NCBI GenBank assembly: GCA_963771275.1
Contig: CAVYSW010000009.1
Coordinates: forward strand, 352,001-416,000
Length of the DNA: 64,000 bases
Reading direction: 5' to 3'
Source: an uncultured Gemmatimonadales bacterium
GTDB lineage: Bacteria > Gemmatimonadota > Gemmatimonadetes > Gemmatimonadales > GWC2-71-9
In this document: positions 9,811-19,926 of the stretch, one piece after another
How the letters are laid out: the number at the start of each line of letters is the position of its first letter
How positions within the stretch are numbered: position 1 is the first letter of the stretch
Notes under the pieces: model-generated
Told to the model about the DNA's origin: nothing
Seen by the model: the letters and a program-made list of their open reading frames with translations, nothing else
The model's database searches: none
Position numbers and translations under genes: made by a program

Positions 9811-10425
9811 CTACAGGAGCGACAGTTGACTGACCGGCGTGAAGCTGCGTCGGTGATGGGGGGTGGGACCGGCGGCCGCGATCGCGGCGAGGTGGGCCGC
9901 CGTCGCGTAGCCCTTGTTCACGTCCCAGGCGAATGCCGGATACCGGCGTCCCAGGGCCACCATCAGGTGATCGCGCAGCACCTTGGCGAGCACCGACGCG
10001 GCGGCGATCGACAGGCTCAGGTTGTCGCCTCCCACGATGGCGTCGTGGATGTGCCCGAGATCCGGAACGGGATTGCCGTCCACGAGCACGTAGTCCGGCC
10101 GGACCGGCAGGTGCGCCACCGCGCGCCGCATGGCGCGCACGGTGGCGCGGAGGATGTTGAAGCGATCGATCTCCCGGACGGACGCGGCGCCCACCGCCCA
10201 ACCGAGCGCCAGCGCGCGAATGCGCACGGCGGCCGCTTCCCGCTCGGCCGCCGTCAGGCGCTTCGAGTCCCGCAGGCCCTCGATCGCCACGTCCCCCGGC
10301 GGGAACACCACCGCCCCCGCCACGACCGGTCCCGCCAGCGGACCACGACCGACTTCGTCCACGCCCGCCACGACCCGGTACCCCACCGCCCACAGCGCGC
10401 GCTCGCGCTCCAGCGTGGGGGCCAT
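9811..10425 (-). CDS. rnhB: Ribonuclease HII
   Basis: GVDEVGRGPLAGPV, DSK, SIAAASVLAKV.RD, NKGY, HHRRSF. Confidence 0.95.
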   Translation of the reverse strand: MAPTLERERALWAVGYRVVAGVDEVGRGPLAGPVVAGAVVFPPGDVAIEGLRDSKRLTAAEREAAAVRIRALALGWAVGAASVREIDRFNILRATVRAMRRAVAHLPVRPDYVLVDGNPVPDLGHIHDAIVGGDNLSLSIAAASVLAKVLRDHLMVALGRRYPAFAWDVNKGYATAAHLAAIAAAGPTPHHRRSFTPVSQLSLL

Positions 10426-10429
10426 CAAC

Positions 10430-10777
10430 TCAGGACTCGCGCTTCTCCCGGATGCGCGCCGCCTTGCCCGCGAGCTTCCGCAGGTAGTAGAGCTTGGCGC
10501 GCCGCACCTTGCCGCGCCGCACGACCTCGATGCTGGAGAGGCTGGGCGAGTGCAGCGGGAAGATGCGCTCGACGCCCACCCCGGCCGAGATCTTGCGCAC
10601 CGTGAACGTCGCGCTGATGCCGGCGCCGCGTCGCCCGATGCAGGTGCCCTCGAACGCCTGCAGCCGCTCCTTGTCCCCTTCGTGCACCCGCACCTGCACG
10701 CGCAGGGTGTCGCCGGGGAAGAACTCCGGCAGATCGGCCCGCAGGGCCGCGCGCTGAACGGCAGTGAACCTCTCCAT
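10430..10777 (-). CDS. rplS: 50S ribosomal protein L19
   Basis: [38 protein letters not shown]. Confidence 0.97.
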   Translation of the reverse strand: MERFTAVQRAALRADLPEFFPGDTLRVQVRVHEGDKERLQAFEGTCIGRRGAGISATFTVRKISAGVGVERIFPLHSPSLSSIEVVRRGKVRRAKLYYLRKLAGKAARIREKRES

Positions 10778-10790
10778 GTCGCTATCCTCG

Positions 10791-11495
10791 TCAGTCGGTC
10801 CCGTCGGACCCGTGTTCCGCCTCGTAGCGGGCCCAGAGATCGGGCCGCCGCGATTTCGTCAGTCGTTCCGTTTCCGCGCGGCGCCACGCCGCGATGCGCG
10901 CGTGGTCTCCGCTCAACAATACCTCGGGCACGGTACGCCCGCGATACTCCGGCGGCCGCGTGTAGCTCGGCGGGCTGAGCAGACCATCGTAGTGCGAGTC
11001 CGTCGCCGCCGACTCGTGATCGCCCAGCGCCCCGGGCAGCAGGCGCACCACCGCGTCCATCACGCACAGCGCCGCGAACTCCCCACCCGACAGCACGAAG
11101 TCGCCGACGCTGATCTCCTCCACCCCAGCCCGTTCCGCCACCCGCTGATCCACGTCCTTGTAGTGCCCGCACAGCAACGTCAGATCGGCCGCCAGACTGA
11201 GGCGCACGGCGGTCGCGTGATCGAACGGGCGCCCGCGGGCCGAGAGCAGCACGACCGGCCCGGTGGGCGCCAGCGCGTCGAGCGCCTCGTAGAACGGCTC
11301 CGGCTTCATCACCATCCCCGCGCCACCACCGTACCCGTAGTCGTCCACCGTGCGGTGCCGGTCGTGGGTGTGCGCCCGCAGATCGACCACCTGCACCGCG
11401 ATCAGCGCCTGGCGGCGGGCGCGCCCCACGATGCTGGTGTCGCACGCGGCCGCGAACAGCTCCGGGAAGATCGTGACCACGTTGATCCGGAGCAC
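10791..11495 (-). CDS. trmD: tRNA (guanine-N1)-methyltransferase
   Basis: [40 protein letters not shown]. Confidence 0.97.
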   Translation of the reverse strand: MLRINVVTIFPELFAAACDTSIVGRARRQALIAVQVVDLRAHTHDRHRTVDDYGYGGGAGMVMKPEPFYEALDALAPTGPVVLLSARGRPFDHATAVRLSLAADLTLLCGHYKDVDQRVAERAGVEEISVGDFVLSGGEFAALCVMDAVVRLLPGALGDHESAATDSHYDGLLSPPSYTRPPEYRGRTVPEVLLSGDHARIAAWRRAETERLTKSRRPDLWARYEAEHGSDGTD

Positions 11496-11497
11496 CG

Positions 11498-12019
11498 CTA
11501 CAGCTCCAGCAGGCCGGGTGGCGGCACGATCGCAATCTCACGCCCCGCGCGATCCACCCGCGCCACGATCGGCGCCCGGAAGGGCACCAGGACCTCACGT
11601 CCCTCGTGCTCGACCACCAGCAACTCCCCTCCCGGCACCGGGATCAGCCCCCGCGCGGTGCCGATCGGGCGCCCCCCCGCGGTCACGGTGATGCCGGCCA
11701 CTTCGTCCGCCGTGAGGGGTCCCTCCAGCGGCGCCGGCAGCACGCTCGTCGGCACCGCCAGCCCCACGAGCCGCCAGCTCTCCCACGGCGTCCGCGCCGC
11801 GATCTCGCGGAACTTCAGCAGCCAGCGCCGGTGATAGGCCCGGGCCCGCTCGATCGTCAGGGGCGGCCCGGTCGGGCGGCCCGCCTCGTCGACCGGCGTG
11901 AGCGCGGCCCCCGGGACGAACACCCGCTCGGGCTGGGCGGTGAGGACGTACACGATCGCCTCACCCTTCAGGCCGTGGGGCTTGGAGAAGCGCGCCACCA
12001 ACCGGTAGCCCGCCTCCAC
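11498..12019 (-). CDS. rimM: Ribosome maturation factor RimM
   Basis: KPHGLKGE, LVPF, PPPGLLEL; conserved position in the operon. Confidence 0.92.
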   Translation of the reverse strand: MEAGYRLVARFSKPHGLKGEAIVYVLTAQPERVFVPGAALTPVDEAGRPTGPPLTIERARAYHRRWLLKFREIAARTPWESWRLVGLAVPTSVLPAPLEGPLTADEVAGITVTAGGRPIGTARGLIPVPGGELLVVEHEGREVLVPFRAPIVARVDRAGREIAIVPPPGLLEL

Positions 12020-12030
12020 GCCGCCCCCGG

Positions 12031-12306
12031 TTACGCGGGCTCGGCGGTCGCCGGAGCGGCCGGCTTGAACACGCCGGCCTGCTTGAGCAGCGAGCGGACG
12101 GTCTCCGTGGGCAGGGCGCCTTTCGCGAGCCAGCTGCGCGCCCGCTCGGCGTCCACCTGGACCACCGCCGGCTGCTCCCGCGGCCGGTAGTGACCGATCG
12201 TCTCGATGAACCGGCCGTCCCGGGGCGACGTACTCTCCGCCACCACAATGCGGAACTCCGGCTGCTTCTTCCGGCCAACGCGGCGCAAGCGAATGCGTGT
12301 TGCCAT
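12031..12306 (-). CDS. rpsP: 30S ribosomal protein S16
   Basis: IRLRRVGRKKQP..RIVVA...PRDGRFIE.IG.Y; GA.PTETV. Confidence 0.97.
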   Translation of the reverse strand: MATRIRLRRVGRKKQPEFRIVVAESTSPRDGRFIETIGHYRPREQPAVVQVDAERARSWLAKGALPTETVRSLLKQAGVFKPAAPATAEPA

Positions 12307-12331
12307 GTCCCTCGACTTCCCGTCCGGCGAG

Positions 12332-13643
12332 TTAGTGCAAGCCGAGCTTGCCCATGCCCTTCATGACCTGCTTCATCTGCTCGAACTGCTTGAGCAACTG
12401 GTTCACTTCCTGGACCGGCCGACCGGCCCCCCGGGCGATCCGCGCGCGGCGCGACCCATTGAGCACTTCCGGGCGCCGCCGCTCCGCGGGGGTCATCGAG
12501 AGGATGATCGCCTCCGTGTGCTTCACCCGGCTGGGATCGACCTTGGCCTGCTTCAGCGCCTTGGCCGGCATCCCCGGGAGCATCCCCAGCAATCCCTCGA
12601 GCGGCCCCATCTTCTGGAGCTGGCGCATCGCGGTCAGGAAATCCTCGAGGTCCATCCCGCGTTTCGAGGTCGCCTTCCGCGCGAGGCGCTCGGCCTCGGT
12701 CGCGTCGACCGCGTGCTGCGCGCGCTCCACCAGGCCCACGACGTCGCCCTGCTGGAGGATCCGTCCCGCCAGCCGCACCGGATCGAACGCGTCGAGCGCA
12801 TCGAGCCGCTCGCCGACGCCAACGTACTTGATCGGCGCTCCGGTCACCCCGCGCATCGAGAGGGCCGCGCCGCCCCGGGCATCCCCGTCGAGCTTGGTCA
12901 GGATCACGCCGGTGAGCCCGAGTGCCTCGTGGAACCCCCGGGCGATCCGCACGGCGTCTTGCCCGGTCATGCCGTCGGCGACGAGCAGGATCTCGTGCGG
13001 TCGCACGGCCGCCTTGATACGCGCGAGCTCGCGCCATCATCGCTTCGTCGATCTGCAGCCGGCCGGCCGTGTCCACCACCACCGTCCGGGCGCGGGCCCG
13101 GCCCGCCGCCTCGACGCCGGCGCGCACCAGCGCCACGACGTCGTCGGTCCCACCCTCCGACGGCCCGAAGCAGCCGACGTCCACCTGGCGCGCCAGCTGG
13201 CGCAGCTGCTCCTCCGCGGCCGGCCGGTGCACGTCCGCGGCCACGAGGAACGGGGCCTTCTGCTCGCGCTTGAGCCGGGCCGCGAGCTTGGCCGCCGTCG
13301 TCGTCTTCCCCGACCCCTGCAAGCCCACCAGCAGGATCACGGTCGGCGGCACCGAGGCAAACTGCAGCGGCACCCGCGTCTCGCCCAGCAGCCGCACGAG
13401 CTCGTCGTGCACGATCTTGACGAGCTGCTGGCCTGGGCTCACGGCCTTGAGCGCCGTGACGCCGACGGCCTGCTCCCGCACCCGGTCCGTGAAGGTCCGG
13501 GTGAGCTCGAAGCTGACGTCCGCCTCGAGCAGGATGCGCCGGATCTCGCGCAGCCCTTCGCTCACCGCCTCTTCGGTCAGCACGCCGCGGCCGGTGAGAT
13601 CGCGCAGCGCGGCCGTCAGCCGTTCCGAAAGAGCAGCGAACAT
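12332..13643 (-). CDS. ffh: Signal recognition particle protein Ffh (one frameshift near 13030)
   Basis: GLQGSGKTT and DTAGR in one frame; TKLDGDARGG and M domain in another; removing one base restores MMAELARIKA. Confidence 0.95.
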
Positions 13644-13807
13644 AGAGCCTTGAAGTATAGGCGCTTCGTCCCGGAATGGGCAGGGGCCGCGTCGTCGCGC
13701 CGCGGCGGCAGCCCCCCGACGCGAAACCGCCGCTCCCCGCAGTCCGTAACCCTCCCCGAGCAGCGTGTGGCGCCCAGCGGGGCGTCTGAGGAGATTCCTG
13801 ACCACCC

Positions 13808-15370
13808 ATGCCGCAAAACCTGCTGGTTCAAGCAGTGGTCACGATCGGCTTCGGCGCCCTGGCGGGCGGCATCACCAACGCCGTCGCCATCTGGATGCTG
13901 TTCCACCCCCATGAGCCCCGGGGCCTCTGGCGGCTCCGGATCCAGGGCGCCGTGCCGAAGAACCGCGAGCGGCTGGCCAAGACGATCGGCCGGACGGTGG
14001 GCCAGCGGCTGCTCACGCCGGAAGATCTGGCGCGCCAGCTCAGCTCACCCGGCGTGCGGGAGGCGTTCGACGACACGGTGCGCGGCCTGGTTCACGGCCT
14101 GCTCTCCACGGAGCGCGGCCCGCTGCGCTCGGAGCTGCCGGGGCCGCTCGTCGCGGAGCTCGAGGCGCTGCTGCTGGGGCTGGGGCCGACCCTCGCCGCC
14201 CGGTTCGCGGAGTTCGCGGCCACGGAGCGGTTCCGCGAGCCGCTGGAACGGTTTCTCCGGGCCACCGCGGCCTCGGTGGCCGACCAGCCGCTGGGCGCGC
14301 TCCTCACGGAGACCCGCCGGGCGGCGCTGCGGGAGCGGGTCGAGTCCTGGGTCTCGCAGGCGGTCGCGAGTCCCGACCTCGAGCGGGCGATTCGTGACTG
14401 GCTCGACCGCCAGATGGTGCGCGCCGCCGCCGATCACACGCCGCTGCTCGAACGGCTTCCCCCCGGGCTGGTGCCTGCCGTGGAGCGAGGCATCGCCAGC
14501 TATCTCCCGGTGGCGCTCGAGCGGCTGGGCTCCGTGCTGCGCGACCCGGATGCCCGCTCGCGCATCGAACACACGCTGCACACGCTGTTCGAGCGCTTCG
14601 TGAAGGACCTGATGCTGCACGAGCGGATCGTCGCGCGGCTCGTGGTGACCGAGCGCACGATCTCCAAGCTGCTGGACAACGTCGGGCAGGAGGGCTCGGA
14701 GCAGATCGGCCGGCTGCTCGACGAGCCGACGATGCGGGCTCATGTGGCGCGCAACGTGAACGACGCCGTGCTCACGTTTCTGCGGCGGCCGCTCGCGGAG
14801 CACATGGTGAGCCTGGGCCCCGAGCGACTCGAAGGGCTGCGGGACACGGCGGTGCGCTACGTCATCGCGGCCCTGCGCGACGAGGCCACGCGGACCTATG
14901 CCATCGAGCGCCTCGACCGGGCACTCGCGGCCGCCGAGACGCGCACGTGGGGCGAGCTGCTGGCCAAGCTGCCGCCCGAGCGGGCCGCCGAATGGCTGAC
15001 CGACGCGCTGCGATCGGATCGTGTGCGCGGCTGGATCGCCGACGGCTGGGGCAGCGCGATCGCGGCCCTGCTCGACCAGCCCATCGGAACCCCCGAGCGC
15101 CTGCTCGGCGCCGGTGCCGCCGACCGGCTGGGGGAGCGCATCGGCCCTGCCCTGTGGGGCTGGATCGAGCGACAGGTCCCCATCGTGGTCGCGCGCGTCG
15201 ACATCCAGACGATGGTGGAGCAGAAGGTGCTGGGGTTCTCGCTCGACCGGATCGAGGAAATCGTGCGGCTCACGACCCAGCGCGAGCTGGACGTCATCGT
15301 GCGCCTGGGCTTCGTGCTCGGCGGCCTGGTGGGGGTGGGGGCGTTCATTCTCGCGATTGCCCTGACGTGA
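13808..15370 (+). CDS. DUF445 family protein
   Basis: GGITNAVAIWMLFHP..QGAVPK...LA..IG N-terminus; ELDVIVRLGFVLGGLVG C-terminus. Confidence 0.88.
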   Translation: MPQNLLVQAVVTIGFGALAGGITNAVAIWMLFHPHEPRGLWRLRIQGAVPKNRERLAKTIGRTVGQRLLTPEDLARQLSSPGVREAFDDTVRGLVHGLLSTERGPLRSELPGPLVAELEALLLGLGPTLAARFAEFAATERFREPLERFLRATAASVADQPLGALLTETRRAALRERVESWVSQAVASPDLERAIRDWLDRQMVRAAADHTPLLERLPPGLVPAVERGIASYLPVALERLGSVLRDPDARSRIEHTLHTLFERFVKDLMLHERIVARLVVTERTISKLLDNVGQEGSEQIGRLLDEPTMRAHVARNVNDAVLTFLRRPLAEHMVSLGPERLEGLRDTAVRYVIAALRDEATRTYAIERLDRALAAAETRTWGELLAKLPPERAAEWLTDALRSDRVRGWIADGWGSAIAALLDQPIGTPERLLGAGAADRLGERIGPALWGWIERQVPIVVARVDIQTMVEQKVLGFSLDRIEEIVRLTTQRELDVIVRLGFVLGGLVGVGAFILAIALT

Positions 15371-15489
15371 GCGGCGGCGGAGACCGGAGCCGGAGCACAG
15401 GGCTCCCGCCAGCGGCGCTCGGCCTGACGATCCGCCGAGTCGGGCGCGACTATTCTAGTACCGCTGGTCATACGTTCGATGACGCGTCT

Positions 15490-15602
15490 CACCGCAGAGT
15501 CCGCAGAGACCGCAGCAGCAAGCGCGTGATCGTCGGTCGCTGGGGTCGGCGCATGGTGCGCAGCAGTTCCCTCACTCCGCGTGCTCGGCGACCTCTGCGG
15601 TG
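15490..15602. repeat. Palindromic intergenic element with 9-bp CCGCAGAG units
   Basis: CACCGCAGAG at 15490 pairs with CTCTGCGGTG ending at 15602; tandem ccgcagag units on the left arm. Confidence 0.55.
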
Positions 15603-15633
15603 CAATACGTAACCGTAGTTGTGAGCTGATGGA

Positions 15634-16827
15634 CTAGTCGAGCACGACGGCCGGCGGGCGGCGCCACCCGGCCCACGCGTCCGGCGCGTCGATCAGGCGC
15701 ACGATCGGGCGGCCCGCGATAGTCTCCTGCTCGACGGCCCACCGCCGGCCGGGCGCCCCGCGCGCCCCCCAAGACCGGCCCAGCACGGCGGCGAACTTCT
15801 CGGCGGCGGGTCCGTCGTCCCAGACGGTCCACCACGCGACCGCGTAGCCGCCGGACGCGCGATACACCGCGAACCGGTCCCCGCCCCAGCCGAGGGCGCC
15901 CGCCGTTGCCACCGCCTCGCTGCCGGTGAGCTGCTGCAGCACGATGCGCGTCTCGAACTCACCCCAATCGTCCTGATAGACGAGCTCGCCGGTCGCGGAC
16001 GGTGCCGGCACGACCCGCACGGACACCGGCTCGTCACCGGCGCGGTACCGCTCCGGATGGAGGATCTGCTCGGTCGAGCGGGGCATGCGCGGTCCATAGG
16101 GCCGGGTGCCGGGATACGCGCTCTCGAACCAGCGCATGAAGTCGGCGCCCGCGAGGTAGGGGAACAGCAGGCCTTCCCGCACGATCAGCGGGGCGGCGGC
16201 GAACACCGGCATGCGCTCCTGAGCCTGACGCACGTTCTCACGCAGATCACGCCAGAAATTGCCGAGCTGGCTCACGCGGGCCGAATCGAACATGGCCGTG
16301 ATCGATGACAGGGTGGCCTGTCCTTCGAGCACGGCCTGGGCGGCCATCTTGCGGTCGTTGTCTCCCTGGCTCTCGAGGATCGAATCGAGCGGGAGGTACT
16401 GTCCCTGGAGCGCATGAACCAGCTCGTGGGCCAGCACAATGCGCACCTGCAGCGGATCCGTCCCGTCGACCACGTACAGGGTGGTCGAGTCGGGATCGTA
16501 GTATCCCACCACCTGCTCCGACAGGACGTCCAGCAGCAGCGCCCGGAAATCGAGCGTGTCGGGAATGACGCCAAACAGCCGGTAGCTCAACGCGATGTGC
16601 GCCATCTGCTCAGGAGGATACTCGGCATCGAGCCGGGCGATGAGATACTGCCGCACCTGGTCGCGGGTCCGGACCGCAAATGCCGGCGGAACGCGGAACG
16701 CGACCCCGACGGAACGCTCGACAGCCGGGATCACGTCGGCGGCCAGGCGACGGACTTCCTGCTCGGTGCTCGGCTGCGGGCGGGCGCAGGAAGAGACTCC
16801 GAGGAGCAGGAGCGGGACATAGCGCAT
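15634..16827 (-). CDS. Putative zincin-type metallopeptidase lipoprotein
   Basis: Lipobox VSSC; GYYDP, LAHELVHALQ, EGQAT, FPYLAG, STEQILHP. Confidence 0.75.
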   Translation of the reverse strand: MRYVPLLLLGVSSCARPQPSTEQEVRRLAADVIPAVERSVGVAFRVPPAFAVRTRDQVRQYLIARLDAEYPPEQMAHIALSYRLFGVIPDTLDFRALLLDVLSEQVVGYYDPDSTTLYVVDGTDPLQVRIVLAHELVHALQGQYLPLDSILESQGDNDRKMAAQAVLEGQATLSSITAMFDSARVSQLGNFWRDLRENVRQAQERMPVFAAAPLIVREGLLFPYLAGADFMRWFESAYPGTRPYGPRMPRSTEQILHPERYRAGDEPVSVRVVPAPSATGELVYQDDWGEFETRIVLQQLTGSEAVATAGALGWGGDRFAVYRASGGYAVAWWTVWDDGPAAEKFAAVLGRSWGARGAPGRRWAVEQETIAGRPIVRLIDAPDAWAGWRRPPAVVLD

Positions 16828-16843
16828 GGGAGGAAACTACAAC

Positions 16844-16915
16844 AATGTCGAATGTCCAATGTTCAATGTCCAATTCCCAAGTGACTTGGAAATTGGACAT
16901 TGGACATTGGACATT
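16844..16915. repeat. AT-rich heptamer hairpin (AATGTCC)n ... (GGACATT)n
   Basis: Five left units, AAGT-G-ACTT centre, four right units. Confidence 0.85.
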
Positions 16916-16925
16916 CTGCGGTTTT

Positions 16926-17717
16926 CTAGTGCTTCCGGATCTCAATCCCGCCGTTCACGGTCTCGAGCCGCAGCTGGCGACCGCCGTCGCCAATCGTGCC
17001 ATGCAGGCGCCGGGGACCGAACCGGCCCTGCACCGTGATGGGAAAATCGGACTCGATGTCCCCGTTGACGGTCGAAGCGTCCAGCACGGCGCTGAGGTTG
17101 GCCGGGACCTGCACCGTGATGCTCCCGTTCACGGTCTTGAACGCCATCGCGCCGGTCCAATCCGCCCGGCCCATCGCCGCGTGGACCGAGCCGTTGACGG
17201 TCTCTGCCTCGACGAGGCCCGCGGCCGTCACGTCCACGTCGCCGTTCACCGTGGTGGCCCGGACGTCACCGCCCACATCGCGCACCTGCACGTCGCCGTT
17301 GACGGTCGCTCCGACGAACGCGACCCGGGCGGGCACCTGGACCGTGAAGTCGACTTCGACGTCGTTGTTGTCCGTGTTGTTCCGCCCGCCGCCCGGCCGG
17401 CACTCGTTGGGCCGGCCGTTCTTCGCGGGATAAACGGCGCAGATCGTGACGCCGCCGTCGTGCGGGACCACCTCGATCTTGACCTCGGACGGGTCGCTCC
17501 GCCGGCCAGACTTCACGGCGGTGACAACCACCTCGTTGCCGCTCGCCGGCGCCGCGTGGATCGCGCCGTTCACGTTGCGGATCTCCAGCGTCTTGCCGGG
17601 CTCGACCCGGCCGCGCCATTCGAAGGTCTCACCCTGGCCCTGCGCCGTACCGCGCCCCTGCGGGGCGAGCGACAGGGCCGCCGCTCCGAGTCCCACGATG
17701 ATCGCAATCGTACGCAT
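16926..17717 (-). CDS. Exported DUF4097-family beta-strand repeat protein
   Basis: Signal peptide; repeated TVNG.V/I motifs. Confidence 0.88.
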   Translation of the reverse strand: MRTIAIIVGLGAAALSLAPQGRGTAQGQGETFEWRGRVEPGKTLEIRNVNGAIHAAPASGNEVVVTAVKSGRRSDPSEVKIEVVPHDGGVTICAVYPAKNGRPNECRPGGGRNNTDNNDVEVDFTVQVPARVAFVGATVNGDVQVRDVGGDVRATTVNGDVDVTAAGLVEAETVNGSVHAAMGRADWTGAMAFKTVNGSITVQVPANLSAVLDASTVNGDIESDFPITVQGRFGPRRLHGTIGDGGRQLRLETVNGGIEIRKH

Positions 17718-17734
17718 GTCGGCTGCCTCCCGGT

Positions 17735-18583
17735 TTACCGGCGCTCGAGCCGGATCGTGCCGTCAAAGGATTCGAGCTCCACCCGGGCGGCACCCGAGCC
17801 GAGCGTGAACGAGAACCGTCTGCCGGGCCGCACATTCGTGACCTGCACCTTGAACGCCGGATCGGCCTCGAAGGAGCCATCGAACGTGGCGACGCTCACC
17901 GCCGCATTGACGGTTGCGGGCATGCCCACCACGATGTCGCCGCTGTGGGCCGAGAACCCGTACCGCCCACCGTCCTTGATTGCGCCGTGAAAGCTCACGT
18001 CACCGTCCACGGTGCTGACGTCCACATTGGCCGCGTCCACATTCTCCAACGTGACATCGCCGTCGGTGGTTTCCACGGTCAGGTCACCGATCACGTTCGA
18101 GAGCGTGATGTCCCCCTCCACCCCCTCGACCTTGACCGTCCCGCGCGCCCCGTCGATCACGATGTCGCCCTCCACCGTGTGGACCTCGACGGGCCCGCCG
18201 GCCCCGCGAATCGTGACGCCGCCCTCGACGCTCTCCGCGCTGATCGCGCCGGTGACCCCCTCGACCGAGATCTCCGTCTCCTGGCCGCTCAGCTCCAGCG
18301 ACATCGTCCGGGGGACCGTGATCTCGTAGTCCACGAACGCGGGCCCGCCGCGGCGCCGTTGGGCGTCGATCTCGACGACCGAGCCACGCACGTTGATCTG
18401 AATCTCGTCGCGCGTGCCGTGCTCGGCGTGTACGCGCATCTCGTTGCGGTCCCAGGCGGTCACCTTGATGGAGCCCGACTGGTTCTGCAGCTGCAGCCGC
18501 GCCGACGGCGGCACGGCCAGGGTCGTATCGGTCTGCTGCAATGACGACAGCATGAGCAGCGCGACCGGAATGGTGATTGCCAT
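17735..18583 (-). CDS. Exported DUF4097-family beta-strand repeat protein
   Basis: Signal-like N-terminus; repeated VEG/SGD.V motifs. Confidence 0.85.
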   Translation of the reverse strand: MAITIPVALLMLSSLQQTDTTLAVPPSARLQLQNQSGSIKVTAWDRNEMRVHAEHGTRDEIQINVRGSVVEIDAQRRRGGPAFVDYEITVPRTMSLELSGQETEISVEGVTGAISAESVEGGVTIRGAGGPVEVHTVEGDIVIDGARGTVKVEGVEGDITLSNVIGDLTVETTDGDVTLENVDAANVDVSTVDGDVSFHGAIKDGGRYGFSAHSGDIVVGMPATVNAAVSVATFDGSFEADPAFKVQVTNVRPGRRFSFTLGSGAARVELESFDGTIRLERR

Positions 18584-18600
18584 GAGTCCCTCCCGCTCTA

Positions 18601-19299
18601 TCAGGATGCGCGCGTCGCCAGCACGACCGCGCGCTGCATCAACTCGAGTTTCCGCCGCATCGTCTCGGCGAGATGCGCGTTGAGGTACGCGTCCGACGGA
18701 TCCGCGACAAGCGCCGCCTGGGCCCGGGCGATCGCCCGATCGATCGTGCGCAGGCTCTCCTCGATCACCCGCACCGTCGACGTATCCAGTCGACTCCGAT
18801 TGGCGTCGAGCACCCGCTGGAAATCCGCCACGGCGCCCGCGTAGGCGACACTGCCGGCAAACTGCTGCGCGCCGGCGGACGCGGGTCCCATGCTGGGCCT
18901 GGTGGCCACCGGCGTCGGCCGTCCGCTCACCCCGGTGGGCCCGCCGCGCGGGCCCACCGCCAGCCACATCGCGCCCGCCCCCAGCATCAGCAGCACCCCG
19001 GCCGCCGCCGCGAGCTGGGACATCGTCACGGTGAATGGCCGCCGCCAGCGCAGTGGCCGGGCGCGGACGGGCGCCGTCCCCCCGACCCCAATCCGGGCTG
19101 CGATCCCGGGCCAGAGGTCCCGCTCCGGCGGCCGGTCCGCCAGCGCGCCCGCCCGCATCGTCACCCGCCGCAAGTCGGCCAGCGTCCGCTCGCAATCCGC
19201 GCACTCGCCGAGGTGCCGCTCCAGCTCGTCGCGCTCCGCCGGCGCCAGCTCGCCATCGAGGTACTCCGATAGCCGTGCCGTCCAGTGGTCGCCGGTCAT
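18601..19299 (-). CDS. zf-HC2 (ZAS) anti-sigma factor
   Basis: LSEYLDGEL..HLGECADC, one TM; overlaps the sigma gene. Confidence 0.88.
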   Translation of the reverse strand: MTGDHWTARLSEYLDGELAPAERDELERHLGECADCERTLADLRRVTMRAGALADRPPERDLWPGIAARIGVGGTAPVRARPLRWRRPFTVTMSQLAAAAGVLLMLGAGAMWLAVGPRGGPTGVSGRPTPVATRPSMGPASAGAQQFAGSVAYAGAVADFQRVLDANRSRLDTSTVRVIEESLRTIDRAIARAQAALVADPSDAYLNAHLAETMRRKLELMQRAVVLATRAS

Positions 19300-19880
19300 T
19301 GCGGCCTTCCTTCCGGCGCTCGCGGCTCCAAGTGGGTCCGGAGCAGCATCCGCGCCCGGTGCAGCTGCGCCTTCGATGTCCCTGCGGCGATCCCCATCAG
19401 CTCTCCGATTTCCTCGTGTCGATAGCCCTCGACGTCGTGGAGCACGAACACCTGCCGAGCCCCTTCCGGCAACCGCGCGACCGCGCTCTCGAGGTCGATC
19501 GCCAACTCGGGCCGCGACGGCGCCGCCCGCTGCAGCTCCAGTACGCCGTCCGCCTCGCTGAACCGCGACCGCTCCACCCCGAGCCGGGACCGCCGCGACA
19601 GGATCAGGTTGATCGCGAGCCGGTGCAGCCAGGTCCCGAACGCCGCCTCGCCACGGAAGCTCCCCAGCTTCTCCCACGCCCGGACGAAGACATCCTGCGT
19701 CAACTCGTCCGCGTGGTCGGGCCCGGTCATGCGCCGGGCGAGCGAGTGGATCCGCGCCGAGTGGCTGCGATAGAGCCGCTCGAAGGCATGTGCGTCCCCG
19801 CTCGCTGCGAGGGCAACGTCCACGGCGTCGTCGGGTACGGTCTGGCTCAGAAGGCCCGCTCCAGCGCTCGGCTCGTCCAT
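19296..19880 (-). CDS. ECF RNA polymerase sigma factor
   Basis: Region 2 (AFERLY, LTQDVF..AW, F.TWLHRLA.N) and region 4 (VFVLHDVEGY.HEEI, TSKAQLHRAR). Confidence 0.93.
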   Translation of the reverse strand: MDEPSAGAGLLSQTVPDDAVDVALAASGDAHAFERLYRSHSARIHSLARRMTGPDHADELTQDVFVRAWEKLGSFRGEAAFGTWLHRLAINLILSRRSRLGVERSRFSEADGVLELQRAAPSRPELAIDLESAVARLPEGARQVFVLHDVEGYRHEEIGELMGIAAGTSKAQLHRARMLLRTHLEPRAPEGRPQ

Positions 19881-19891
19881 GCACTCCGTTG

Positions 19892-19916
19892 GACGAGCGG
19901 ACCGGCCGGATGGTTT
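19892..19916 (-). promoter_or_regulatory. ECF-type promoter candidate
   Basis: AAAC-N17-CGTC directly upstream of the sigma gene. Confidence 0.55.
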
Positions 19917-19926
19917 GGAGACGCGA

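Noticed and set aside
16844..16915. CRISPR array here or at 9147-9249
   Set aside because: Units are too short or degenerate, there are no unique spacers and no cas genes
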